Shown in pieces: positions 1 to 12,356 of a DNA stretch of 64,000 nucleotides (position 1 is the first letter of the stretch; each line of letters begins with the position of its first letter). This DNA comes from Scyliorhinus canicula (taxonomy: Eukaryota), in contig NC_052146.1 of NCBI RefSeq assembly GCF_902713615.1, positions 310,140,335-310,204,334 on the forward strand, given 5' to 3'. Below the pieces are notes generated by a model that was not told the DNA's origin, did not search any database, and worked only from the letters and a program-made list of their open reading frames with translations. A program made the position numbers and the translations under genes.

Positions 1-97
1 ATTTTATTCTCAGACATTTTTTGAAAAGTTTCTAGCACCTTCTATGTGGCCAGGTTAAAGTTGGGGACAGAGTTTGTGTGGGTTTCCAACCTGAAAC

Positions 98-310
98 TTG
101 AGGGGTGATTTTTTGAGGGGTGATTTTTTGAGGGGTGATTTTTTGAGGGGTGATTTGTTGAGGGGTGATTTGTTGAGGGGTGATTTGTTGAGGGGTGATT
201 TGTTGAGGGGCGATTTGTTGAGGGGCGATTTGTTGAGGGGTGATTTGTTGATGGGTGATTTGTTGAGGGGTGATTTGTTGAGGGGTGATTTGTTGAGGGG
301 TGATTTTGAG
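98..310. repeat. 15-bp G-rich minisatellite (TTGAGGGGTGATTT[T/G])n, about 14 copies
   Basis: Directly visible tandem unit; it explains the LNKSP/RGDLL pseudo-ORFs. Confidence 0.97.
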
Positions 311-915
311 CCCCTCTGCGTCCGTGAGAAAGTCACCGTGGGGCCTAAACTCTAGAGAAGCGAAAAATGTGATTCTCTTCCGCGTGATTGGTGTTTGGAC
401 AGATCATGCCATTGAAAACAATAACTTACATTCTAACACTGGGGACTGGATTCTCGGGCCCCCCAGACGCGTGTTCCTCGGCCGCGCGCTGTTCGCTGGC
501 AGCGGGATTCTATCATTGAGGAGGTGGTGGGGAGCTGCCTTCTTGAACCGCTGCAGTCCCTGAGGTATAAGGACATGAAATGTAAAATATTCCCTGGGTC
601 TATTTGGAAGATGGGCAGAGGAATCATCCTTTAATGTCCTGGGTGATATTTATCCCGAAAAAACATTACCAAAGCTGATTGGTCATTGTCACATTGTTAT
701 TTGTGGGATCTTGCTATGCACAAATTCACAGCTGAAGCAGAGCGACCAGAGTCAATACAAAACACATCCCAGCAGCCTGTCAGTACCTTCCAGAGAGAAA
801 GGCAAAGAAGAAGAAATCATTCAGTTATTAATAATAATACCGTTCGATCTGTTGACAGACATTCTTCCATTCTGTGTGGAAATAAATACTGATCAATATT
901 TCTATTGGATTACAG

Positions 916-1032
916 TCAGGTGAAGGGGAATGTAAATATGCTGAGCTTCGATTCCATTGCCCAGGTACCAGGCAGCCGGCAGTATCACTGACTGAAAGCA
1001 CGGCGGAGTATGCTGTTCTTCAACGTTCTTAA
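916..1032 (+). CDS. Terminal coding exon of an upstream inhibitory-type immune receptor: SGEGECKYAELRFHCPGTRQPAVSLTESTAEYAVLQRS*
   Basis: Acceptor atattttctattggattacag| at 915 (alternative tcag| at 919, same frame). Open frame to TAA at 1030-1032 carrying two YxxL motifs (CKYAEL, AEYAVL), the arrangement typical of ITIM + ITIM-like terminal exons. Upstream exons lie outside the window or were not identified. Confidence 0.72.
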   Translation, partial: SGEGECKYAELRFHCPGTRQPAVSLTESTAEYAVLQRS

Positions 1033-1170
1033 ACCTCAAAACCAGCAACAATTAACCAGTGGGACAAGCAGCAGTGACAAAAACCTTACCCAATCACAAT
1101 CATCTCTGCCTTTCCTGCACATTTCAACGGCTTCAATCTCTCAACAATATCAGAGCGAGATTGTAAATCC

Positions 1171-2634
1171 CAGACCCTGATATTACTGGACACACAGACC
1201 CTGATATTACTGGGCACACAGACCCTGATATTACTGGACACACACACCCTGATATTACTGGACACACAGGCCCTGATATTACTGGACACACAGACCCTGA
1301 TATTACTGGACACACAGACCCTGATATTGGACACACAGACCCTGATATTACTGGGCACTCAGACCCTGATATTACTGGACACACAGACCCTGATATTACT
1401 GGGCACACAGACCCTGATATTGGACACACAGACCCTGATATTACTGGACACTCAGACCCTGATATTACTGGACACACACACCCTGATATTACTGGACACA
1501 CAGACCCTGATATTACTGGACACACACACCCTGATATTACTGGACACACACACCCTGATATTACTGGACACACAGACCCTGATATTACTGGACACACAGA
1601 CCCTGATATTACTGGACACACAGACTCTGATATTACTGGACACACACACCCTGATATTACTGGACACACAGACCCTGATATTACTGGACACTCTGACTCT
1701 GATATTACTGGACACACAGACCCTGATATTACTGGGCACACAGACCCTGATATTACTGGGGACACAGACCCTCCCAGACCCTGATATTACTGGACACTCA
1801 GACCCTGATATTACTGGACACTCAGGCCCTGATATTACTGGACACTCAGACCCTGATATTACTGGACACACACACCCTGATATTACTGGACACACACACC
1901 CTGATATTACTGGACACACAGACCCTTATATTACTGGACACACAGACCCTGATATTACTGGACACACACACCCTGATATTACTGGACACACACACCCTGA
2001 TATTACTGGACACACACACCCTGATATTACTGGACACACAGACCCTGATATTACTGGACACACATACCCTGATATTACTGGACACACAGACCCTGATATT
2101 ACTGGACACACTCACCCTGATATTACTGGACACACATACCCTGATATTACTGGACACACACACCCTGATATTACTGGACACACACACCCTGATATTACTG
2201 GACACACACACCCTGATATTACTGGACACACAGACCCTGTTATTATTGGACACACAGACCCTGATATTACTGGACACACAGACCCTTATATTACTGGACA
2301 CACAGACCCTGATATTACTGGACACACACACCCTGATATTACTGGACACACACACCCTGATATTACTGGACACACAGACCCTGATATTACTGGACACACA
2401 TACCCTGATATTACTGGACACACACACCCTGATATTACTGGACACACACACCCTGATATTACTGGACACACACACCCTGATATTACTGGACACACAGACC
2501 CTGTTATTACTGGACACACATACCCTGATATTACTGGGCACTCAGACCCTGATATTACTGGGCACTCAGTCTCTGATATTACTGGACACTCAGACCCTGA
2601 TATTACTGGATACACACACCCTGATATTATTGGA
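1171..2634. repeat. 24-bp minisatellite (CAGACCCTGATATTACTGGACACA)n, about 60 copies with 21-bp deletion variants
   Basis: Directly visible; it explains all PDITGHT / DTQTLILL / CPVISGS / SNIRVCV ORFs. Confidence 0.98.
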
Positions 2635-3099
2635 GAGACTGAAATTGCCCAAATGTGACACTGGGCTGAGAACATTGTTCATGAAATGAAGTCTGTAATT
2701 TGCCGTAGAAGACATTATTTGCTTTGTGAATATTGCTACAACCATTTCTGTCATAAAAGCACATTTCATTTATCATTTCCTTTCATTGAGGGAAATATTT
2801 GTAACTGTTGGTTTTGCTTTGCAGTATTAAGGACTAATAATTGTGAAATATTGGTCAGTGACTAATCCTTTCCACTGGGTGTCAGTGTGGATTGTGGAGA
2901 GATTGTTGAGGTGTGGATTATTCTGGGCTCAATCCTAGAGGCCCCGGTGATGGAGAGAAACCTGTGCTCTGCCTCCTCCTGGATCCCTGGGAAGGGGTTT
3001 GAATGGGACACGTTGCTGTGGAGAGTGGCCAGAGATCACTGGAGAATTCGGAGCCGGACTGGTGTTGGTGACCAATTTGAAATCAGCTGATGATAGCGC

Positions 3100-3790
3100 C
3101 AAGGAGCGCTTGCAGAATGGAATTCAAATGTGGTCAAAGGGCCAATTACCACAACCCCAGCACATCAGAGTTGTCTCCTAGGCTCAGCCATCTTCCGCTG
3201 CTTCAATAATCACCTGGATCTGTGTCAATAAGGAGGGTATTTGCTAATGATTTCACACTCTCCCTCCACCCCTGCTAATGAAGAAGCTGATACTGGTCTA
3301 CAATTAGACCTGGTTAACAGCCATTCATCTGGGGCAACTGGTTCACCTTCTAACCCCTCACAGCTTCCTCACAATCTAAAAGGCATGTTAGATGTGCCCT
3401 TGAACACTTGCTGCTTGCCTGGGTGGGACAGCCTGTAGCAACATTTGAGAATGTGGGCAGTGTTGGGGATAGAGCAGTTCACTGGGGGTTGGTGGGGTTT
3501 CCATTTCCACCAGCAGCGCACTCTGGTGGCTGATCTACAGGATGCACCGCAGCAGCTCGCTGAAGGTTATTTGGGCCACACTGCCCTCCCCTGGTTTCTC
3601 TACCACCAAGAAACACAGCAGCAGCATCATTGTGGCAACATCTTCAATTCCAAGTTACCTCCCAGTCACACACCATCCAGATTGTTTACATCAGCCATTC
3701 CTTCATCATCCATTCATTGGGATGTGTCACCTATGGGAACATTGGGAATACTGTCAGTACACAGCCTGCAGTGGGCCCAGTGTCACAGAT
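3100..3790 (+). mobile_element. Highly degenerate LINE ORF2/3' fragment (CR1/L2-group shark LINE)
   Basis: Contains an RT-like stretch (ctcctaggctcagccatcttccgctgcttcaataatcacct, resembling VLGPTIFSCFINDL) and decayed C-terminal sequence of the LINE whose 3' end recurs at about 515-570, 6405-6505, 40860-40990 and 47575-48710. Confidence 0.55.
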
Positions 3791-4094
3791 CACAGATTCA
3801 CTAGGATTAGGAAAGAAATAAATTCCAGGAATAAAAATACTTGGGACAACTTTATTCACATTTTTGGAACAAATATTTTTTGAGAGTTTGGTATTAAAAT
3901 CTTGATTGTATACACAGGAATTATTATATACTGATCAATAAAATGGTGGAGAAACTATTTTGTGTGATTCGTTAGGTTTATTTTTAATTGTTTATTCTTG
4001 GCTGGTCTGCAGTGTGAGTAGTTTCTGGAAGTTTTTGCCGGTAATTTCCGATTGTTTCTCTGACTTTTGTTTGAAGTGTTTCTCCATCTCCAGC

Positions 4095-4436
4095 CAGCCA
4101 ATCAGCAGGATGCATTGGTGACCATCTTCCAGGATTCAATAGACTCCCCAACAGTTCCTGCAGATTGGAGGGGAGCCTGTGGATGGGGTTTATTTGGAAT
4201 TTCAGAAGGCTTTTGGCGAAGTCAAACATAAGAGATTGGTGTAAAATTAAGTTAAATATGGCAACTTGTCAAAGATCTTCTGGGAATGAAAATAAATCAC
4301 GTCCACTGGTTCTTCTTTGTCTGTTAAATCCTCAATGAACTCTGACAGATTTGTCAGACATGATCTCCCATTGACGAAGCCGTGCTTACTCAGTCCTATT
4401 TTATCATGCACTTCCAAATACTCCGCGATATCATCT
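4095..4436. mobile_element. Two short CR1 RT fragments in opposite orientation
   Basis: Plus strand reads TIFQDSIDSPTVPADWR...VDGVYLEFQKAF; minus strand reads KHGFVNGRSCLTNLSEF...FDKLP. Confidence 0.75.
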
Positions 4437-4437
4437 T

Positions 4438-5352
4438 CAGAACATAGAACATTACAGCGCAGTACGGGCCCTTCGGCCCTCGATGTTGCGCCGACCTGTG
4501 AAACCATTTGAAGCCTATCTGACCTACACTATTCCATTTTCATCCATATGTCTATCCAGTGACCACTTAAATGCCCTTAAAGTTGGTGAGTCTACTACTG
4601 TTGCAGGCAGGGCGTTCCACACCCCTACTACACTCTGAGTAAAGAAACTGCCTCTGACATCTGTCCTATATCTACTACCCCTCAATTTAAAGCTATGTCC
4701 CCTCGTGTTGGTCATCACCATCCGAGGAAAGCGACTCTCACTGTCCACCCTATCTAACCCTCTGACTATCTTATATGTCTCTATTAAGTCACCTCTCAGC
4801 CTTCTCCTCTCTAACGAAAACAACCTCAAGTCCCTGAGCCTTTCCTCGTAAGACCTTCCCTCCATACCAGGCAACATCCTAGTATATCTCCTCTCAACCC
4901 TTTCCAAAGCTTCCACATCCTTCCTATAATGTGGTGACCAGAACTGCACGCAGTACTCTAGGAATGACCGCACCAGAGTTTTGTACAGCTGCAGCATGAC
5001 CTTGTGGCTCCGAAACTCAATCCCCCTACTGATAAAGGCTAGCGCACCATATGCCTTCTTAACAGCCCTATTAACCTGGGTGGCAACTTTCAGGGATTTA
5101 TGTACCTGGATGCCGAGATCTCTCTGTTCATCTACGCTACCAAGAATCTTGCCATTAGCCCAGTACTCTGCATTCCTGTTACTCCTTCCAAAGTGAACCA
5201 CCTCACACTTTTCCGCATTAAACTCCATCTGCCACCTCTCAGCCCAGCTCTGCAGCTTATCTATGTCCCTCTGTAACCTATAACATCCTTCAGCACTATC
5301 CACAACTCCATCGACCATCGTGTCATCTGCAAATTTACCAAGCCATCCTTCT
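4438..5352 (-). mobile_element. HER1 (CR1-clade) LINE, 5'-truncated 3' end
   Basis: ORF 4524-5435 contains KFADDT...WQMEFNAEKCEVVHFG...YCVQFWSPHYRKD, followed by the 3' UTR and a (CTATGTT)-type tail. Confidence 0.95.
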
Positions 5353-5379
5353 TTAATAATGGATCCTGTCACTGGGGTT

Positions 5380-6040
5380 GGAAACAGGGTTGGGGGATGA
5401 TTCTGTTCGGGTGGGCAGTGGGACACAGGAGCCACATTTTACTGGAGGGCAGCCACTTAATGTGGTCGTTGTCAGGATTGTGATTCTATTAAAGTTAGCA
5501 GCCTGCCCGAAAGAGCTACTGACCAATCAGAGGGTGGCAGCTCAGCAGTGGCTATTTTTGGGCCTGTGCCTGGAGGATGAGGGCACATCGATGGGCGCCT
5601 GCCTTCAATCTCTGAGGTCATGGGGGCTGGGAAGGCAAGCGCCAACGAGAAGGGGGCTGGTTACCAACAGGAGGCAACACTGTTGTTGTGGGGCAGCCAA
5701 TTCCCCAGACGACGCTCTGCAGAATGCTCAGATTCCCAAAAGGGAAGGCACCTCACATACCCCGCTGGGAGAGCACCAGGGCTGATCTGCCCATCTCCCC
5801 AGGCGATGGTGTGCCCTCCCCACACAGGAGAAATGCCCCTGAGGGCAGGAAGTGGCCCTTAATTGGCCACTTAAGTGGTTCAACTGGGCTCAAGATGTAG
5901 ACTCCACCTGCTCCCCTTTCCTCCCATTGGTCAAGGGGCACGGCAACAGGAAGGCATCAGACCCACCAGCGGAACCCAGCTGCAGACTTTTGCCGGCCTT
6001 TCCACCTTAAAGCCAAAGGGCCTGGAAAATTCCAGCCTGG
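5380..6040. mobile_element. Probable non-autonomous DNA element (MITE-like), GC-rich
   Basis: Right end GGAAAATTCCAGCC resembles the GG(A)GAATCCCGCC-type termini of other MITEs in the window; the left end is not resolved. Confidence 0.4.
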
Positions 6041-6159
6041 GAGTGTAAACTGATGGGATCTGCTTTTCCCACTGCGCTCCTGCAGAAGGCCTTGAATCTT
6101 TGAGCTGCTAACTCGGGGCCTGAAGCTGGGGCATGGAGCACTCTGCACTTTGCTCCTTG

Positions 6160-6643
6160 ACACTCACATCTAATCTGATCACAGCATTCACTTCACAAAA
6201 GGATTTTCAGAATCGCACTAACATTTATAAAAACAGGAATTTCAATGGTGGGGAAGTGGCTGAAACACACAAATGTTGGAAGAATTGGAGGTGGTGTCCA
6301 CGGACTGTTTAATAGCTCACCACAAGAGGAAGTGTTTTATTGCAGAAATGTGTCGCTGCAGTTCTCTCTCCACCGTGTTTATTTGATTCTCTCACAGGAT
6401 GTGGGCATCGCTGGCGAGGGCAGCATTTATTGCCCATCCCTAATTGTCCCTGAGAAGGGGGTGGGGAGCTGCCCACTTGAACCGCTGCGATCCCTGTGGT
6501 GTCGGTACACTCACATCTAATCTGATCACAGCATTCACTTCACAAAAGGATTTTCAGAATCGCACTAACATTTATAAAAACAGGAATTTCAATGGTGGGG
6601 AAGTGGCTGAAACACACAAATGTTGGAAGAATTGGAGGTGGTG
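6160..6643. repeat. 137-bp direct duplication (6160-6296 and 6507-6643)
   Basis: The two copies read identical by eye and are separated by 210 bp that includes a LINE 3' fragment. Confidence 0.92.
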
Positions 6644-6839
6644 AGTTGTGAGCCGTGTGCCTGCTCGCTGGGTCTCAGCTTATTATAACCACATTACTGG
6701 GCAGCAATGACACACATCCTGCAAACACCCCATTGGTACAGAATTTTACACTGTTGCTTGTGTCTGTGGTGCAACATCAAGACCTCCTTGGCCAATTGGA
6801 ACAGGCGTTGGTGCAGGGTAAACCTGGCTGCCTTTGATC

Positions 6840-7522
6840 TGTCCCAAATACCCCACACGGTCTCGGATATTGATCCATGTCAAATGGGAGATCCCAAATT
6901 ATCACCAGTCTATTGGGAGAGGGAACTGCAGGAAGCCAATCCTAAAGGAAGAGTTTTAAGTTCAGCAATTAAAAAAGGAATCTGGAAGAGATCCTGTTCA
7001 GTGAAGTTAAGAGTGAGGAGCCGAGGAAAGCTCCAGGTTTAAAGTGAGAAGCAGACTTAAAGTAAATGGGTCTGTGAGAAGCCCCGGGGTCCAAGGAGAC
7101 AACTGAAGGGCTGTAACTCCTGACTATTGCCTGTGGAGCAGTGGCGTTCTGTTAGTACAGCTGAGTACCTGAGAGTGTGTGTGGAAGGCAAAGCCTGAAT
7201 CCACATGGAGATCCAGGGGAGAGAACATCAGAAGGAGAGAAGGAAATCCTGGAGGTGGATCCTTGTGGAAGGAACCCAAGGGAAAGCATTGGATGGGAGA
7301 AGATTCCAAACAAGTACTTAGGTTCTGAGATTGGAAACAATCATGTGAAAGACAGTGACACCAAATGGCTCATAATGTGAGAAACATCTGGCAAGAATTC
7401 ATGAGAGATTCATGACGTCTGTTTGGATTGACATCTGTCAGTTGATTTCAGAGTTTGGTGTGTCTGACCACAGGTCACCTGTTCGATCAATGGACTATGT
7501 GCTTACTGCGAAGATTAGAGTA
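6840..7522. mobile_element. Putative solo LTR or unclassified interspersed repeat
   Basis: LTR-like composition only; termini and TSD not confirmed. Confidence 0.3.
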
Positions 7523-7990
7523 TGATGTGGAGATGCTGGCGTTGGACTGGGGTGAGCACAGTAAGAGACCTTAAAACACCAGGTTAAAGTCTAATTGGTT
7601 TGTTTCAAATCACTAGCTTTTGGAATACTGCTCCTTCCTCGTGTGAATGAAGAAGTATGTTCCAGAAACATGTATAAAGACAAAGTCAAAGATGCCAGAC
7701 AATGCTCAGAATGCGAGCATTTGCATGTAATTAAGTCTTTACAGATCCAGAGATAGGGGTAACCCCAGTTTAAAGAGGTGTGAATTGTCTTACACCAGGA
7801 CAGTTGGTAGGATTTGGTAGGAAATCTCCGGATCTGTAAAGACTTAATTACCTACAAATGCTCGCATTCAAAGCATCGTCTTGCATCTTTGACTTGGTCT
7901 ATATCTATGTTTCTGGAAGAATCCTCTTCATTCGCCTGAGGAAGAAGTAGAGCTCCGAACATTCGAGTATGAGGTAGATTTTGTAACTTG
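7523..7990. mobile_element. Penelope-like element terminus in inverted (hairpin) arrangement
   Basis: Shares tgatgtggagatgc..ggactggggtgagcacagtaaga..acaccaggttaaagtc with 21365-21578; about 7630-7750 is inverted at about 7828-7945. Confidence 0.65.
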
Positions 7991-8059
7991 TGTTTTCCAT
8001 ATAAATCTGTAAAGGTATAGTTATGGGTGAAGGACAAGTGTATTATTTCAAGTTTTCTT

Positions 8060-9030
8060 GTTCAATACAGCAGAGGGCAGTAGAGTGGAGATGCTGCTTG
8101 GCTGTTGCTGGGAAAATTTGCATCAGTGCATTGCGGTTACTGCATCCAGAATGTGTACCTGAGCAAGACACCCTCCGTGTTCAAGTGAAGGCAAGCATCC
8201 AGCAGAGGGCAGTAGAGTAGAGCTGCTGATTGGCTGTTGCGGGGAGAATTTGCATCAGTGCATTGTGGTCACTGTATCTTGAAGGTGGTTTGTGGAGGAG
8301 CTGTTGTTAAGTGACAGTGACTGGTAAGTAGTTTTTCTTTTCCCTGGGGTGTTATCGTGCGGGGTGCAGTGGTTGCTGAGTGAGTGCTTGCTGAGAAGGA
8401 GAGTACATTTAAAAAAAAATTATTGTTGGGAGTTTCCAGCTGAATTCGGTCGGAGTGAGGACAGAGTGACTGCTGGGTAAGTAGTAAAGATTTAAATTGT
8501 TTGCACAGGCCCATAACAGCTGATTGCTGTTCTTGTGTGGGGCACAGTGGTTGCTGGTTAAGTATTTTATTTTTACCTGTATTTAAGTTAGACAGTTCCT
8601 AAACCTGAGACACTACACTTGTAGTGTCCCCCACCCTTCCACCTCCTTTAACCTAAGGGGTAGAGTGAATAACAGGTAAGCTCTTCCTTTCTTTTTCTTG
8701 TTTTATCTAGAGGGGATGGCAGGGAAGGCAGTACAATGTTCCTCCTGCAAAATGTTTGAGGTGAGGGACGCCGTCAGTATCTCTGCTGATTTCACCTGTG
8801 GGACGTGCACCCATCTCCAGCTTCTCAGAAACCATGTTAGGGAACTGGAGCTGGAGCTGGATGAACTTCGGACCTTTCAGGCCGCAGAGGTGGTCACAGA
8901 TAATAGCTTCAGAGATGTAGTTACTCCAAAGAATCAAGATAGATGGGTGACGGAGAGAGGGGCTGGGAGGAAGCATTCAGTGCAGGGATCCTCTGTGGCC
9001 ATCCCCCTCAGTAACAAGTATACATCTCCC
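8060..9030 (+). mobile_element. CR1/HER1 5' region (duplicated UTR monomer) plus ORF1 N-terminus, 3'-truncated
   Basis: MAGKAVQCSSCKMFEVRDAV...CTHLQLLRNHVRELELELDEL matches the ORF1 start of the HER1 copy at 34856-35143. An 80-bp monomer is repeated at about 8068 and 8200. Confidence 0.8.
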
Positions 9031-9689
9031 TTAACCTTTCTCCCTTCTCACCTTGAACCTGTGCCGATATTCGATATTCGAAATGGTGAACAGGGATTCT
9101 CACTCCCTGACTCCGATGCAGGCTTCAGTGGGTGCTATTCAGGTCAAACTGTATTTTCAAGTTATCCCCCGGTATAACCCATACCTTCACCGAAGATTTC
9201 ATCTACTTACCACTTAGCAGCATTGATCCTGGGTCCCGCATTACTGAGTAAGTAAAGTAGACTTTGGAATAATAACCACTGTTTCAGGTTAAAACTTTTA
9301 AGTTATTTTATTATTATATTTTTTTCTTTTAAAAGATGCAATTACTGTCTTTACAGAAAAGTAAAAAGATCTTGCTTCTAGATCCTTCTGGTTGGTTGAA
9401 GGGACCTTCAGGCCCACCTTGACAATCAATCTTCTTTAAAGTCTGGTTTTCTTTAGATGTATTCGCTGTTGAGCTCGGTTGCTATGTCCTATCTTTCCCA
9501 TGTACTGAGCTGTGAGAGCTGACTCTGCTGACTGTCTCTGAGCTGACTCTGAGCTGACTCTTCCTCCTCTTTAAATTCTGGTCTTCCTTAGATATATTAG
9601 CTGTTTTAGCTCGGCTACTTGGCTCTGTCCCTTTCCCATGACCGAGCTGACCGAAGCTGACTCTGCTTGCTTCTCTTGTCCCTTCTCTG

Positions 9690-9722
<33 letters not shown>
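9690..9722. repeat. (CT)n microsatellite within an unclassified repeat (about 9030-9900)
   Basis: Directly visible. Confidence 0.9.
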
Positions 9723-9725
<3 letters not shown>

Positions 9726-10342
9726 TGGTTCTGGTAGTTCCTGCTCTGGTCTCTCGGTTTACATTCTCATTCAACAGTCATTAAGTTTTTATGACTTTAT
9801 TGTAAAGTAACTTTTATTTCACTTGGACTGAAAAAGGTACCTTAAATCTAAATTTTTCTAATATGACTAAGTATCCATTTTGACATCACCTCACCTCTCA
9901 AGTCTCTGATTACATTGTTTCCCTTGGGATTTTCAAAGTTCCTTTGTGATATTCAAAAATGCTTTGGTTTCAATAGGGGTGTGAATTTTGGTTCCTGTCA
10001 TTTCTATAGTTTTATTTTCCAATTGTGTCCCCAGCTCATAATTTTGACTTTGATTTTAGCTTTAATTTACTTGGTGTTAGCAGAATTTCACACTTATATA
10101 TTTGCCCCCTAGTCATTCTTTTCTATCTGCTGATTTTACTTCAATGAAGGTGTGAATCATTGCTTTTAGCGTAATGCTAAAAATCCACTTGGTTATAACT
10201 TGAAAGGTTTACATTTATCACCTAACTGAAACCTTCATCCATGCTTTTCCCGATGCTTACTAAGATAGTTAATTTCAATGAAGGAGTGAGCCATTGTTTT
10301 TAGCTTCATACAAAAATCCTGTGTGTTTGCTAAGCCTGCTTG

Positions 10343-10950
10343 ATTGGATTGGATTGGATTGGATTTGTTTATTGTCACGTGTACCGAGGTACAGTGAAAA
10401 GTATTTTTCTGCAAGCAGCTCAACAGATCATTCAGTATATGGGAAGAAAAGGGAATTGAACAGAATTCAAGAAAATACATGAGAATACATAATAGGGCAA
10501 CACAAGATATACGATGTACTACATAAGCATTGGCATCGGATGAAGCAGACAGGGTGTAGTGTTAATGAGGACAGTCCATAAAAGGGTCATTTAGGAGTCT
10601 GGTGACAGTGGGGAAGAAGCTGTTTTTGAGTCTGTTCGTCCGTGTTCTCAGACTTCTGAATCTCCTGCCCGATGGAAGAAGTTGGAAAAGTGAGTAAGCC
10701 GGGTGGGAGGGATCCTTGATTATGCTGCCTGCTTTCCCCCGGCAGCGGGAGGTGTAGATGGAATCAATGGATGGGAGGCAGGTTCGTGTGATGGACTGGG
10801 CGGTATTCACGACTCTCTGAAGTTCCTTGCGGTCCTGGGCCGAGCAGTTGCCATACCAGGCTGTGATGCAGCCCGAGAGGATGCTCTCTATAGTGCCTCT
10901 GTAAAAGTTGGTAAGGGTTAATGTGGACATGCCAAATTTCCTTAGTTTAC
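10343..10950 (-). mobile_element. Rex1/Babar-type LINE 3' end
   Basis: ORF FYRGTIESILSGCITAWYGNCSAQDRKELQRVVNTAQSIT...LPSGRRFRSLRTRTNRLKNSFFP is the characteristic Rex1 C-terminus, with a (GATTG)n/(CCAAT)n tail. Confidence 0.88.
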
Positions 10951-11679
10951 TAAGGCTATCTGCATTTTACAATCCTGCTCTTTGCAGCTGCTGTTAACCC
11001 TTTGTGGGATCTTTCTCTGTATCCTCTCGTGTTTCTTAAATCAGGTATTGCCAGACTTCCATGTTTCAAATGACACATCTTTCCATATTATCAATTTCAG
11101 GCCCAGTTATACCTCACCGGGTCCTCTCTCTGTGTCGGTCAGTTCCTGTCTGGTCGACCTTTCATACAACACGGTTATCAGCCCCGTAGTTAGTGGGGGA
11201 GCTCGTCTTCCTCGAGTTACGGGGTAAACAATCAAGCCCACCCCGTGTGACCTGTGCAGGTTATTACACTCAGCATCACCAGCGCTGCGATGCTCCTACA
11301 CTTTAGCTGTAGGCTGAGGAACTCTCGATATCAGGCCCCCAGCTGTGTACAGCCAATGAACAGAGCATTTAGAGCAGGCTGATCGACCAAATCAGGGAAA
11401 TGAACAGGTAGCAAAAGTTGATGTTCTGCTTGCATCATAATGGATGGGTGTGGGTTGAACACACATTGCTGTTTAAACTGGGTGGGTGGGGGGTTTCTAA
11501 TCAACTCCCATGTTATCATCTCTCTCACCTCTTTAAGACTCTGATCAGGGTTTAAACATTTGATCAAGTTTCTGGTTATTTAGGCTCATGATTCCTTCTT
11601 TGGTGTGGTGTGAATTTTGTTTGTTACTCTCCTGTGAAAAACCTTGTGAGGTTTCTCTATGTTTAAGGTGCTAAATGAG

Positions 11680-11995
11680 ACCATAAGATAAAGGAGCAGA
11701 ATTAGGCCATTCGGCCCATCGAGTCTGTTCCGCCATTCAATCATGGCTGAAGTTTGTCTCATCCCCATTCTCCTGCCTTCTCCCCATAACCTCTGATTCC
11801 CTTATTAATCAAGAACCTATCTATCTCTGTCTTAAAGACACTCAGTGATTTGGCCTTCACAGCCTTCTACGGCAAGAGTTCCACAGATTCACAATCGTCT
11901 GGTTGAAGAAATGCCTCCTCATTTCAGCTTCAAAGGATTGTCCCTTCAGTCTGAGGCTGTGCCCTCGGGTTTGAGTCTCTCCTACTGGTGGAGAC
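11680..11995 (-). mobile_element. CR1 LINE 3' fragment
   Basis: cataagataaaggagcagaattaggccattcggcccatcgag tail; same family as 14181-15000. Confidence 0.85.
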
Positions 11996-12356
11996 ATCCG
12001 CTACATAAATGCCAGTTGTTGTTACCAAAGGGAGAAGGGATTGATTCCAGTGATTTTCAACAAATGTTTCAACCATTTACGTTTTTGCAGCAAATGTGTC
12101 TCTCACTGTGTGAACTGTGTTAAACCAACTTAATGTGGGCAACGTGCACTCAGTGAATCATAAACGTCGCTTATCAATATCCACCCAGAAGGGGAGCAGC
12201 CATTGGCTCATTGTCATTGCTTCCTCTGTATCTTCATTCCCTCCTGTGAAAAAGGAGATTAAAGAAGCTTCTGTCGGCTGGGACACTTTGTGTTTCAATG
12301 TATTTACTGGACATGCAATAAACGGTGTGGATGAAGAGGATTGTTATTCTGTTGAG

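Noticed and set aside
1086-1180. Minus-strand exon-like stretch VWDLQSRSDIVERLKPLKCAGKAEMIVIG with a GTAAG donor
   Set aside because: Its acceptor would come from the minisatellite and no partner exons were found on the - strand.
98-2634. Tandem arrays as CRISPR-like loci
   Set aside because: No unique spacers, and the context is eukaryotic.
1133-2689. Long repetitive ORFs (443 aa PDITGHT etc.)
   Set aside because: Open frames on both strands of a 24-bp minisatellite, with no splice context or unique flanking coding sequence.
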